NCBI GenBank assembly: GCA_023390985.1
Contig: JAEWBU010000171.1
Span: 9,708-73,707, forward strand
Length of the DNA: 64,000 nucleotides
Reading direction: 5' to 3'
Source of the DNA: Pseudomonadota bacterium
Lineage (GTDB): Bacteria; Pseudomonadota; Gammaproteobacteria; Burkholderiales; Burkholderiaceae_C
Below the pieces are notes generated by a model, which was given only the letters and a program-made list of their open reading frames with translations, had not been told where the DNA came from and ran no database searches. The translations under genes and the position numbers were made by a program. Of this stretch, positions 28,211 through 37,749 are shown one piece after another. Position 1 is the first letter of the stretch, and the number at the start of each line of letters is the position of its first letter.

Positions 28211-29965
28211 ATGCACCAGATCTCCATGGTCTCGGCACCCGTACCCGCCGCGCCCATGCTGAGCGATCTGTTCTCCAACGAAGATGCGAAGAGCATCGAG
28301 CAGCAGCTGGTGGAACTCTCACCGGTCGATCGCGCGATGCGATCCATCGAGCGAGTACTGAAAGATGGATTGACTGCGGTCGTTGCCTTCTCTTCGGGCA
28401 AGGACTCCAGCGTGACGGCAAACCTCACGCTGAATGCAGCCATCAACGTCATCCGCGAAGGCTTCACCTGTCCCCCGGTGGTCATAAGCCACTCGGACAC
28501 GATGGTCGAGAGCCCCGTGGTCAGAGCACTCGCAGACGGCGAGCTCGCGAAGATGAAGGCCTTTGCCGACAGGCACGGCATTCCAATCGAAGTGCGCGTC
28601 GGGCGTCCGTCGCTCAGCGCGTGCTTCGCCACTCGCATCATCGGCGCACGCGCGCTGCCGCCCTTCCCTCAACTTGGGGTCAGGGACTGCTCCACTTCGT
28701 GGAAGGCCCTGGTCAACCAACGAACCATCCGCAAGGTGACCGCGCGCGATGCCAAGGTGGTCACCCTGATCGGCACGCGCCGCGATGAATCACAGGCACG
28801 GGCGGTCAACACCGCAGCGCGCGGTGAAACAGCAGACGAGCCGTGGGCCAACTCGGACGGAGACCTGATGCTCAGCCCGATCCTTCATTGGTCGAGCGAC
28901 GAAATCTGGACGTACATCGGCGAAGCCTCGGCCGGCCTGCACCTGTCCTACTCGGACTTCGCGGAGGTCATGGACTTCTACCGCGACGCTGGCGCGAGTT
29001 CTTGTGTGGTGGTTGCGGACATGAAGTCCGCGGCGACGAACAAGGCATGCGGAGCCCGCGGAGGTTGCTGGACGTGCACTGCCGTCCAAAACGACCGTTC
29101 GGTGGAGAACATGCTGGAGCAGAACCCTGGCAAGTACCCCTATCTGGTTCCACTGCTGAGGCTCAGAGACTACCTGGCGGGAAGCCAGTGGGACTGGTCT
29201 CTGCGAAACTTCATCGGCAGGACCATCTCACCCGAGGGGCGCATCAAGGTGCAGGCGGATCAATACTCGCCCAAGATGGTTGAGGACCTGCTGTACTACA
29301 TCCTGGCTGCCCAGGACGAAGCCAATCGCCTCGGAGCGCCGGCGCCAGTGCGCGCGGTGGGACTGCGCGAGCTCATAGCCATCGACTTCTGGTGGTCTGC
29401 GCGCGCCATTCACCCGCCCTTCCACGCGTTGGCGATCTACTTCGACCACTGCGCCGGCAACGTGCGCTTCGCGCCGAAGATCGAGCGGCCATGCCGGCCG
29501 AGTCCAACGCCCGTGATCGGAGAGATCTACGTAGGCAAGGACTGGGACGACGACACCAGTGCTCTCTACCCAAACGGTCTGCGTTACGTGGAGTGGGAGT
29601 TGCACAGCGACAGCTGCGGGCCCGGCCTACGCTCGAACAAGGCTGGCAAGGTATTCCTCGACCTGGAGGAAGCGCCGGAGCTGGATGTGGACGAACAATC
29701 TGCAGCGGACTTCCTGGAGTTCATCGCTCCGGAGAAGATCGAGCAGTACCACCGCAAGGACTGCCGCGATTGGACGCTAGGCGCCCTGATCTACCTGCAG
29801 TACGGCACGGTGAGCATCGGCACCGGCCAGAGCAGCATGGTGGATTCCATCATGCGGCGTAGCCAGTGGCTGCAGCATCATGGCTTGCACGGCCATCAAA
29901 CTGCCGAGGCTCTGCGGCCCAGGTGCTGTGACCTGGCCGAGCAGCAAGCAGAGTTGTTCACCTGA
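28211..29965 (+). CDS. Large PAPS-reductase/DndC-like protein
   Basis: VAFSSGKDSS, SDTMVESP, RDCS, IGTRRDESQAR, ARGGCWTCT; AAGGA RBS before ATG 28211. Confidence 0.8.
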   Translation: MHQISMVSAPVPAAPMLSDLFSNEDAKSIEQQLVELSPVDRAMRSIERVLKDGLTAVVAFSSGKDSSVTANLTLNAAINVIREGFTCPPVVISHSDTMVESPVVRALADGELAKMKAFADRHGIPIEVRVGRPSLSACFATRIIGARALPPFPQLGVRDCSTSWKALVNQRTIRKVTARDAKVVTLIGTRRDESQARAVNTAARGETADEPWANSDGDLMLSPILHWSSDEIWTYIGEASAGLHLSYSDFAEVMDFYRDAGASSCVVVADMKSAATNKACGARGGCWTCTAVQNDRSVENMLEQNPGKYPYLVPLLRLRDYLAGSQWDWSLRNFIGRTISPEGRIKVQADQYSPKMVEDLLYYILAAQDEANRLGAPAPVRAVGLRELIAIDFWWSARAIHPPFHALAIYFDHCAGNVRFAPKIERPCRPSPTPVIGEIYVGKDWDDDTSALYPNGLRYVEWELHSDSCGPGLRSNKAGKVFLDLEEAPELDVDEQSAADFLEFIAPEKIEQYHRKDCRDWTLGALIYLQYGTVSIGTGQSSMVDSIMRRSQWLQHHGLHGHQTAEALRPRCCDLAEQQAELFT

Positions 29966-29972
29966 GAATGGA

Positions 29973-30013
29973 AAAGGCCCGGCGCACGCACTAGCGTGCC
30001 CGGGCTTTTTTTT
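29973..30013 (+). terminator. Intrinsic terminator
   Basis: GCCCGG-GCACGC stem-loop followed by T8. Confidence 0.75.
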
Positions 30014-30119
30014 GGTCGGACGGTCGCTACGCCGACGGTCGCTTTGAATGGCGAAATGCTCCGAAGGAGCCACCAATCAAAAAGCCGCCCATAGGCGGCT
30101 CCCTTTGGAACGTGGCGAG

Positions 30120-30251
30120 TTACAGAACTCTGTTCAGCACGAAGGCAAGTAGGACCAGCCCGAAGCCCACGGCGCCCATGAGCTCAGCGCTCAGCACCAT
30201 CTTGCCGAGCGTGTCTTCCTTGCGGAAACGCGTTTTGACCCAAGTAGTCAT
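30120..30251 (-). CDS. 43-aa single-pass membrane peptide (not in ORF track)
   Basis: MTTWVKTRFRKEDTLGKMVLSAELMGAVGFGLVLLAFVLNRVL; AAGGAG RBS; terminator-like hairpin at about 30079-30100. Confidence 0.55.
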   Translation of the reverse strand: MTTWVKTRFRKEDTLGKMVLSAELMGAVGFGLVLLAFVLNRVL

Positions 30252-30266
30252 GGCTTCGTCGCTCCT

Positions 30267-30728
30267 TCAGTTGAAGTGTACCAGCGCGTAGGAAATCGCG
30301 GAGAGCACCGTCAAGATGAGGGAACCCTTGAGGGCCTTGTAGTGCTGGTGCCAAGGCACATCGTGCGGCCGTTCAGGGGCTGGAAATGCCGCGCCTCCAC
30401 CAGCAACGACGCTGGAGGCGCCGAGCACAACAACCAGCCCTGCCAAGAGAATACTCTTCAATCCCGGCTCAAGCGATCGCGTCGGCTCGAACAGTTCGTA
30501 GAGCGCAGACGCACAAAACGCGATGGCAATCCAGCAGAGCTGCCCGTCTTTGATCGGAGTGATTTGCCTCAGGCGTGCGGCATCCTCCCTCGAGATATGC
30601 GTCCAAGAGGCCCACATCCAGAGCACCAGATTGGGCGCAAGGATAGGCACCAGGATCGTTGTCATGAACCAGCCCACAAAGAATGTCTCCTTTCCTGATG
30701 AGCCTACCCGAGTTCGCTGCTGGGGCAA
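30267..30728 (-). CDS. Integral membrane protein (about 4 TM; start uncertain)
   Basis: Four hydrophobic segments. Confidence 0.6.
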   Translation of the reverse strand: MPQQRTRVGSSGKETFFVGWFMTTILVPILAPNLVLWMWASWTHISREDAARLRQITPIKDGQLCWIAIAFCASALYELFEPTRSLEPGLKSILLAGLVVVLGASSVVAGGGAAFPAPERPHDVPWHQHYKALKGSLILTVLSAISYALVHFN

Positions 30729-30856
30729 GGGCTAAGTTGGTAGTGCCTGAAGGCGATCCAAGGGCTTCGGACCGCCTCCGCGCGCGATGCGGTCGCACCC
30801 GCACACCAGCCCCGCAGAACTTGCAGACGCAACGGCTCACCATACGATGGTGTGCA

Positions 30857-31140
30857 TGTACGTTGCTCAACCATCTGTCGCCCGCGCAGCTGAAAGCTGG
30901 GGGGCTTACTTCGGGATTGCCGGTGCGCTTCTTTTAGCTACGGCACTACCGCAGGCCCGGTGGGGCTGGGTCCTGTTCCTCGGATCGAATTTCGCTTGGC
31001 TGCTGTTCGCGTTCTTGTTCGGCTACCGCAAGCTCCTGGTGCAGACCGCGGTATTCACGCTCACCAGCCTTCTCGGCATCGCCAACAGCTTCTTCCCCGG
31101 CAATCCGCTCCAAGCGGGCATTCAGGGATTGCTTCAGTAG
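30857..31140 (+). CDS. Small membrane protein (3 TM)
   Basis: Hydrophobic helices WGAYFGIAGALLLA, WGWVLFLGSN and LLVQTAVF. Preceded by a variant box GCCCCGCAG-AAC-TTGCAG-N16-TACGAT at 30809-30848. Confidence 0.6.
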
Positions 31141-31182
31141 CTCAGCAACCTTCCGGGAACTCGCTCGCCATAATGCCGAGCC

Positions 31183-31653
31183 ATGCCCAACCTCTCCATC
31201 GTCCTGAAGCAGGAGATCGCCCGCATTGCCCGAAAGGAGCTGCGAACAGATGTCGCAGCTCTGCAAAAGGCGAACGCTTCACACCGGCGCGCACTTGCCA
31301 CTCTGCGTCGTCAAGTCGACGCGCTCGAGCGGCAGCTGCGCCACAAAGAGCGTGGCGGCGCGGGCCGCAGCCAGGAGAGCGAGGACGATCACGCGAGCCC
31401 TTCCCTGCGCTTCTCGGCGAAGGGCCTGGCGTCCCAGCGTAAACGCCTGGGGCTATCCGCCGCCGCGGTGGCCAAGATCCTGGGTGTCTCGGCCTTGTCG
31501 ATCTACAAATGGGAGAGCGGTACAACTCGCCCGCGCGCCCGGCAGCTGGAGGCCATCGCGAGCCTACGCAAGTTGGGCAAGAAAGAGGCACAGGCCAGGT
31601 TGGAAGCGGCAACTCAACGCCCCGGCAAGGCACGCCGGGAAAAGGCTGCCTGA
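31183..31653 (+). CDS. XRE-family HTH transcriptional regulator with N-terminal coiled coil
   Basis: RKRLGLSAAAVAKILGVSALSIYKWESGTTRPR. Confidence 0.85.
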   Translation: MPNLSIVLKQEIARIARKELRTDVAALQKANASHRRALATLRRQVDALERQLRHKERGGAGRSQESEDDHASPSLRFSAKGLASQRKRLGLSAAAVAKILGVSALSIYKWESGTTRPRARQLEAIASLRKLGKKEAQARLEAATQRPGKARREKAA

Positions 31654-31738
31654 CCGGCCACCCCTCACCCGGAGCGCTCCAGCGAGACCCTGCGCGCACG
31701 GATGCCCACACAGTTCTTGCATCGATGCAAGACCTACA

Positions 31739-32209
31739 TCAATACTGCATTCGCTGAGTCCGGTCCTGGCCGGTATCCGAGAGGCTGTCTGTGTCCTGGC
31801 CGTGCTCGATCTCGATGACGTCTCCAGCGGCATCGCCCCCGAGGACCTCGAACTGCACGACGAAACTGCCGCCCTGGCTGCGCACGGCGATCACTGCAAG
31901 ATCAGTTCCCTCTTCTGGCCCGAGGCGGTTGGTCTGCGTGACGAACACCCTCCCCGCCGGATACATCTCAGGGACAGCCCACTTCTTCGCGCGCGGCTTC
32001 TTCTTGTGGCGAGCCTCGAGAACGACCTCCACCTGGGAGCGTTGCAGCAACCCGCGGAATGCGTCGTCATAGACGCGTGGCCGCTCGCGCGGGTTGTTGA
32101 TCAACCAGGACACGTAACTGGTGCCGTGCCCCCAATGCGCAGCCAGATCGGTATTCGACCATCCTCTAGCACGCATCAGCGCACGCACTTCTCTAGCGGA
32201 GGCAGGCAT
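31739..32209 (-). CDS. Hypothetical protein with N-terminal HTH-like segment
   Basis: LMRARGWSNTDLAAHWGHGTSYVSWLI; AGGAG RBS. Confidence 0.65.
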   Translation of the reverse strand: MPASAREVRALMRARGWSNTDLAAHWGHGTSYVSWLINNPRERPRVYDDAFRGLLQRSQVEVVLEARHKKKPRAKKWAVPEMYPAGRVFVTQTNRLGPEEGTDLAVIAVRSQGGSFVVQFEVLGGDAAGDVIEIEHGQDTDSLSDTGQDRTQRMQY

Positions 32210-32225
32210 TGGGACTCCTAGGGGC

Positions 32226-32293
32226 TCGACTATAGTCGATGCGCAAGCAGACGCGAAGCGGTCTCAGCGGCGGCCAGCATCGACTATAGTCGA
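32226..32293. repeat. Two perfect 14-bp palindromes TCGACTATAGTCGA
   Basis: Copies at 32226-32239 and 32280-32293, directly upstream of the minus-strand HTH gene. Confidence 0.85.
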
Positions 32294-32975
32294 CGTTTCC
32301 GCCGTGGCCCAGTCACCTGGCAGGTCCTCGAACATCCCCCATGGCGCAGACGGCGCGCAGGCCTAGCCTCTCGCGCAGCGGCTTCCGCCGCCAGGGCCGA
32401 AAGGCCGGCCGCGTACTTCGCGGCCTCGAGCGGCAAATGTGCGGTCCCGGCGCGGCGGGGTTGCGACTTCACCGCAGCGGCGTGTCCCGCGGGGACTTTC
32501 CTCCATTCGCGGCACGCGTCGCGTCCCCGGCTTGCATCGATGCAAGCAGCCACGAGGTGCTGGGGGCGCCTAGTGCGGCATCCTCTCTTCAGGGTTCGAT
32601 GCGCAGTCCCACAGCTTGCATCGATGCAAGCATCCACTAGGCGCTGGCGAATTGCCTGGTGGCTCACGGCAACAGTCCTCCGTCTGGCGCCCCAAGGCTT
32701 GCATCGATGCAACCGTTTCTCGCGTCGTTCCAATCCGGAGCGAAACATCCCGGCAAGTGAATTGCGCTTGATATTCGAAGACGTTCGCATCGAGGTCACT
32801 TGCATCGATGCAAGCGCGATAGCGTGGTGCCAGACGAGTTGCATCGATCCAAGCCGGTGCGTGTTTCCTTTACGCCACCAAGTGCTTGCCAAGAGAAGCG
32901 TTGACACGTCAAAAGGTTGAGGCAAGCTTAGTTGGCCCGTAGACTTCGGACGGGCCAACTTTGGAGGAGAGATTC

Positions 32976-33647
32976 ATGGTGATCGTGATCGGAGCGGAAA
33001 AGGGTGGCGTGGCAAAGACTCGTCTTGCCACGCACATCGCTGCCATCGCTGCCGGCGACGGCGTAGACGTCGTTCTTCTGGACACGGACAAGCAAGGCTC
33101 CGCAACCAGTTGGTCTCGGATTCGAAACGAAGAGAACGTGCAGCCCCCGATCAAGGTCTTCGCACTTCCGCCGAATCCTGCGCGTGAAGTGGCAGATTTG
33201 GCCGCTAAATACGAATTGGTTGTCGTCGACATCGGCGCGCAGAACTACCGGACCATGCTGGAGTGCGCATTGGTCAGCGACCAGGTGCTCGTGCCCTGCG
33301 GCGCCGACCAGCAGGAGATCGAGTCGACGCTGAACGTCTTTGATGCCCTAAAGGAGATCGGTCCGAGACATCCGCGGAAGTCTGTTCCTGCAGCTGTCGT
33401 TCTCACTCGAGTGTCGCCGCTGGAGAACGCGAAGGCCACGGCCGATTTGCGCGCGTACTTCGCCAGCGAGGGCGTCGACGTGTTCAAGGCTCACATCGCG
33501 AACCGGTCTTCCTGGCTCGCCACGGGTCGCTCAGGACGGGCGGTGCACGAGCTCCGTGGAAAGGAGCGATCGCAGAAGGCTGTCGATGAAATGCGCGCCG
33601 TCTATGACGAGATCATCCGCCGCGCCGGCCAAGTGGAGGCTGCGTAA
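32976..33647 (+). CDS. parA: ParA-family partition ATPase
   Basis: KGGVAKT deviant Walker A, LDTDKQGS, VVVDIG. Confidence 0.92.
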   Translation: MVIVIGAEKGGVAKTRLATHIAAIAAGDGVDVVLLDTDKQGSATSWSRIRNEENVQPPIKVFALPPNPAREVADLAAKYELVVVDIGAQNYRTMLECALVSDQVLVPCGADQQEIESTLNVFDALKEIGPRHPRKSVPAAVVLTRVSPLENAKATADLRAYFASEGVDVFKAHIANRSSWLATGRSGRAVHELRGKERSQKAVDEMRAVYDEIIRRAGQVEAA

Positions 33648-34597
33648 TGGCAACTGCAGGATCTTCTGTCTTCAAGCGGCGCGCCGTCAGCCCTGAACTA
33701 GTCGCCGCTGCCGAAAGTGCCGCTGCCGGCGCTCCGATCGTTGGTGACCCGCGCATTCCGGCCGCTCCCGCCGATGGCAGCGGGGCAGCGGCCTATGAGG
33801 TCGGGCAGGTGTATGAGGTCCCACTGGAGCGAATTCGATCCAACCCGGTCAACCCGCGCGCGGTGTACACGCCCCAGGCTGTCGACGATATGGCGGTGTC
33901 GCTGCGCGAGAGCGGCCAACACGTTGCTGCCACCGGGTTCCTGGAAGACGCGGACGTTGTCCTCATTGAAGGTGAGACGCGCCTCCGTGGCGCGCGCCTC
34001 GCCGGCCTCAAGACGCTGCGCGTCGAGATCAAGAGCAAACCGAATAGCGAGCGCGAGCTGTACAAACGCGCTCGCGCCGCGAACGTGGAACGCCGCGACC
34101 AGACGCCGCTGGACGACGCCATCAAGTGGAAGGAACTGCTGGCGAGGAACGTATTCGACAGCCAGGCCGCGCTCGCTCAGGAGCTTGGCATCAAAGGAGG
34201 GGAGTCCACCGTCAGCCGCACGCTGGGCCTCGCCAGCCTGCCGCAGCCGGTGGTGCTGGCACTCTCCGAGCACCCGACGTTGCTCACGTTCCAAATGCTC
34301 AATGCGGTGCGCGCGTACTGGGATGCCCTCGGCGACGAGAAGACCCTCGACTACATCCCGCTGATCGAGAAGAACGGCTGGGGCTATCGCAAGGTAGCGG
34401 AGGACGCTGCCAACTCGAAAAAGGGGCCGGTCAAACGACCACGCGGTTCCAAGGAACCACTCACGTACGCGGGGGGCAAGGGCGAGATCAAGGTCTTCGA
34501 CGGGGGCCGGCGCCTGGAGGTGAGCCTCAAGGGAATCACCGACCTGGAAAAAGCAACCAGCTTCATCGAAAGCCTGAAGGCGCTCACGCGCGCGTGA
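33647..34597 (+). CDS. parB: ParB/RepB/Spo0J partition protein
   Basis: NPR, LIEGETRLRG, ANVERRD, HTH SQAALAQELG..STVSRTL. Confidence 0.9.
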   Translation: MATAGSSVFKRRAVSPELVAAAESAAAGAPIVGDPRIPAAPADGSGAAAYEVGQVYEVPLERIRSNPVNPRAVYTPQAVDDMAVSLRESGQHVAATGFLEDADVVLIEGETRLRGARLAGLKTLRVEIKSKPNSERELYKRARAANVERRDQTPLDDAIKWKELLARNVFDSQAALAQELGIKGGESTVSRTLGLASLPQPVVLALSEHPTLLTFQMLNAVRAYWDALGDEKTLDYIPLIEKNGWGYRKVAEDAANSKKGPVKRPRGSKEPLTYAGGKGEIKVFDGGRRLEVSLKGITDLEKATSFIESLKALTRA

Positions 34598-34757
34598 TGA
34601 AGCCCCCCGCGAGGCGCGCGGGGCCGAGTCAACTCGATGCCGCTTGGACGGGGCAGGGGAGAGTAGGGCGGACCTCGGCGCTGCGCAACGCGAAGGCCGG
34701 ACGAGCATCAAGAGGGTTCATCACGGGGAGCTGACGAATGGTCGCAGCTCCCCTAAC

Positions 34758-35466
34758 TATTAGCGGAACGCGCACGTGCCTCGCGAGCAGTAACGCCTAA
34801 GTTGTTGTCGCAAAAGACTATTTGCCGCAGTTAGCGCCTACTCTCACGCCTGGAAAAGCACGCCAACTAGCACGCTTGACCTGTCGCGGAACCAGCGCCA
34901 AACCGAACTGAATCCCCGTAAGTGCCCGGCTCGGCGCGCCGCGTGCCCGTTCCGCTAGTATCGAACGCGTACTTTTGGACTCATGAGGATCCATCCCTAT
35001 TAGCGGAGCGGGCACGCACGTGCTGATTGCCCCTCCCGCGACATAGCGGATCAGGCACGAGGGCCACGACCCAGGCGCATGAAGTAGCCACGTATTAGCG
35101 GAGCGGGCACGGTCCAGCCGCGGCGGCCGCCACTAGCTGCTCCAGGTACTAGCGGAGCGGGCACGGAAGGCGCGACTGAGGTTGTCCACAACACACATAG
35201 CGGAACCAGCACGCGTGCCTGCACCGCTAATAGCGGTGTGCCTCTTGCGCTATTAGCGTGTGCGCTCACCGCTAATAGCGGGTGCCGCACTATCCACAGG
35301 CTGAAACCCGCGCCACAGCTTGCTCTCCGGACTTTCCTAGTCTTGGTTTTAGTCTTCTTCTTTAAGTCATTGAGCCGCCACAGCCCCACCCACGCCCGCG
35401 GTCGATCACGAGCTGCCATTTTTTTGAAGAAATGAAAGCCCGAAAACCGTGCCTGCTCCGCTAATA
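34758..35466. repeat. Replication origin: about 19-bp iterons TATTAGCGGAGCGGGCACG, DnaA-box-like sites, AT-rich tract
   Basis: Forward copies at 34758, 34998, 35041, 35093, 35147 and 35195; reverse copies at 34942, 35214 and 35448; TTGTCCACA at 35182 and CTATCCACA at 35290; T-rich tract about 35331-35372. Confidence 0.85.
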
Positions 35467-35526
35467 GTTGCCCTTGTAGCCAACTTGCTCAGCAGGGCAT
35501 ACTCCCGCCCAGCAGAAGGAGCCTTC

Positions 35527-36519
35527 ATGGCGAACAAGCGCGCAGTGCCGGCAGAAGTAGACCAAGACATTCCTGAAGAAGCGTCGAAGCTGTCCGAGCC
35601 CGCAATGCCGATCGCCACAGGCAAGCGAGTGCGTGGCGGGCCCAACGGGTCGGTAGCCTGGGTGCGAGCACGGGCTGCAGAAGCTCTCGCCAAGCGCCGC
35701 AGCGAGCAGGAGATGATCGTCCTGCAGCAGGTGCTCCCGCTCTGGTCCGAAGAGCATCGCGGCGTGCCGAACCCGATGATTCGATCGGGGCTGTTCGGCA
35801 CCAAGACCGTAGCGAGCCGCAAACTGGTGAAGGACAAAGAGATCGCCTCTCTGTCCAACTTCAGCATCGTCTACAAAGGCGAAGAACTTCTTCAGGACGA
35901 CCTTAGCGTCTGGCTGGCACTGCTGCACAGGGCTTCCCGCCAAGCGATCGGCGACACGCTGTTCTTCACAGCCTACGAGCTGCTGAAGGATCTGGGTTGG
36001 CGCATGCACTCCGAATCCTACGAGCGGCTGAAGCAAAGCATCTCGCGCCTCAAGGCCAACGAGCTGAAGATCCAGGTGAAGTCCGGCAAGTCCGGCTACG
36101 CCGGCTCCCTCATTCGTGAATACGCCTGGGACGCAATCTCGCCAGACGGCGACAAGAAGTACATGGTCCGCTTCGAGCCCATGATCGCGGAGCTGTTCCG
36201 CGACGACTCGGTGACCTTCTTGGCATGGGAGCAGCGGAAGATGATCGGCTCCCGCGCGACGCTCGCGCTCTGGCTCCACGCCTTCTTCACGAGTCACCGC
36301 GATCCGCTGCCCATCACGGTTCAGAAAATTCACGAGCTCACGGGAAGCGAAGCGAAAGAGATCCGATTCTTCCGCCGCAAGGTGCGGGAGTCTCTGGACC
36401 GCTTGAAGGAGATTGGATTCCTGGTGGGATACGAACTCGTGGGCGACACTGTCCACGTGAAGAAGGCTCAGCAGAACCTTCTGAATCTCAAGCGCGCGGC
36501 CACCCGGGTGCTCATCTAG
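35527..36519 (+). CDS. trfA: TrfA-family plasmid replication initiator
   Basis: LPLWSEEHRGVPNPMIRSGLF, YKGEELLQDDLSVW, GYAGSLI, LALWLHAFFTSH; AGAAGGA RBS. Confidence 0.88.
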   Translation: MANKRAVPAEVDQDIPEEASKLSEPAMPIATGKRVRGGPNGSVAWVRARAAEALAKRRSEQEMIVLQQVLPLWSEEHRGVPNPMIRSGLFGTKTVASRKLVKDKEIASLSNFSIVYKGEELLQDDLSVWLALLHRASRQAIGDTLFFTAYELLKDLGWRMHSESYERLKQSISRLKANELKIQVKSGKSGYAGSLIREYAWDAISPDGDKKYMVRFEPMIAELFRDDSVTFLAWEQRKMIGSRATLALWLHAFFTSHRDPLPITVQKIHELTGSEAKEIRFFRRKVRESLDRLKEIGFLVGYELVGDTVHVKKAQQNLLNLKRAATRVLI

Positions 36520-36529
36520 CCCCGAGCAC

Positions 36530-36548
36530 TATTAGCGGAGCAGGCACG
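36530..36548 (+). repeat. Isolated iteron downstream of trfA
   Basis: TATTAGCGGAGCAGGCACG. Confidence 0.8.
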
Positions 36549-36679
36549 CTCCGCTACCCTCCTGTGAGTTCACCGGCGGCCCGCAAGCCGGTCGGCGGCT
36601 GCTCGCCCTCCGTTCAGTGCAGCCGCCGCGCGTCGCGCTTTCAACGCAACAATCGCTACGACTCCTAAATGCGGCGACT

Positions 36680-37603
36680 CTACTGGCGCGAGCTCAGACG
36701 GCCCTGCCAGTTGTCCTGAGGCCGGTACTGCGCCCACGGCTCGATGGTCAGTTCGCCCTCGGTGCCCAGGTCGGGCCAGTGATCGGCCTGGGTGCAGGCG
36801 ACATAGGCTGCCACGCAGCTCTTGAACTTCGCCGCGCCGTTGTCAAGGAATTCCTGACTGGCTGTGAGCACGCTCACCGAGTGCGGCTCGTCGCTCTCGG
36901 CCGCGATGAAGGGGAACGGCTTCGGGGTGTCGGCCCCCTCGTACAAGCACCGCGCCAGGCTGTACATGAATGCCTGCAGGTCGTAGCCCTTGTCGTTGGC
37001 GTCGCGCGCGAAGGCCCGCGGGCAGCCGAACCGCGTGGACTTCAGGTCGAAGCTGAAATCAGGATGAAACATGTCCAGGCGCACGCGCATGCGCAGGCCG
37101 GTCGTCGGCTCGGTGAAGTAGATCGTGGCCTCCAGGATCGACTCTTCCACGAACAACTGAATCGCGCGTCCCTTGAACCTCGTTTCCATGATCTTGCTGG
37201 ACAGGCGCCGCGCTGTGGCGAAGGTCGGCTCGTCCACCACCAGCCGGTCGGGGAAGCTCGCTTCGAACTGCTTGAATTCGTCCTTGCGGCGATTGGCCAC
37301 GCCCGGAAAAACCGAGACCTCGTTGGCGATCTCGCCGGGTTGCAGGACCAGCAGGTGCACCAGCGTGCCGAAGTCCATCGGCCGCGAGGACGTGCCGGGC
37401 GCAAGCAGCGCCGCTTGGAAGTGGGCAGGGGAGACGAGTAGCGGCTTGAGCATGGAGCAGCTGAGCGCATCGCGGTCGCCGTGGTACTCGTGCGCAGGCA
37501 TGTCGCGAATCAGGCAACTATTCCCAGCCAGGCCGGGCAGCGTAATGGCAGCGTCACCGGCGAGGGCGCCGACCTGTTGCAGCGCGTCGAATGAAGGGGT
37601 CAT
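36680..37603 (-). CDS. PD-(D/E)XK exonuclease VIII / RecE-like (DUF3799-type) protein
   Basis: EYHG..LSCSMLK, MDFGTLVH, RVRLD..FDLKST, YDLQAFMY. Confidence 0.8.
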   Translation of the reverse strand: MTPSFDALQQVGALAGDAAITLPGLAGNSCLIRDMPAHEYHGDRDALSCSMLKPLLVSPAHFQAALLAPGTSSRPMDFGTLVHLLVLQPGEIANEVSVFPGVANRRKDEFKQFEASFPDRLVVDEPTFATARRLSSKIMETRFKGRAIQLFVEESILEATIYFTEPTTGLRMRVRLDMFHPDFSFDLKSTRFGCPRAFARDANDKGYDLQAFMYSLARCLYEGADTPKPFPFIAAESDEPHSVSVLTASQEFLDNGAAKFKSCVAAYVACTQADHWPDLGTEGELTIEPWAQYRPQDNWQGRLSSRQ

Positions 37604-37749
37604 CTTCGATCCATAGGGTCCGTGGAACTCATGTCCATGGAAACATGAACGCCCCCTGTGTCAAGGGGCCGAGCCTGCGGCAAACAGCCGAATTCCGCAG
37701 TTATCGCGGGTTGACGCGAAGAGGCCCCGTGCTACCTTCAACAGCAAAC

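Larger units (their letters stand above)
31715..32854. repeat. Six copies of palindrome CTTGCATCGATGCAAG (parS candidates)
   Basis: 18-bp windows start at 31715, 32530, 32614, 32697, 32798 and 32837 (last copy degenerate); they lie upstream of parA. Confidence 0.85.

Noticed and set aside
5863..29965. Prophage interpretation of the phage-like modification genes
   Set aside because: No capsid, tail, terminase or integrase genes were seen; a plasmid replicon and PRTRC are present.
32530..32854. Possible CRISPR array
   Set aside because: Repeats are only 16-18 bp perfect palindromes with irregular spacing, and no cas genes are present; parS fits better.
34758..35466. Possible CRISPR or REP array
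   Set aside because: Mixed orientation, irregular spacing and position beside trfA indicate iterons.
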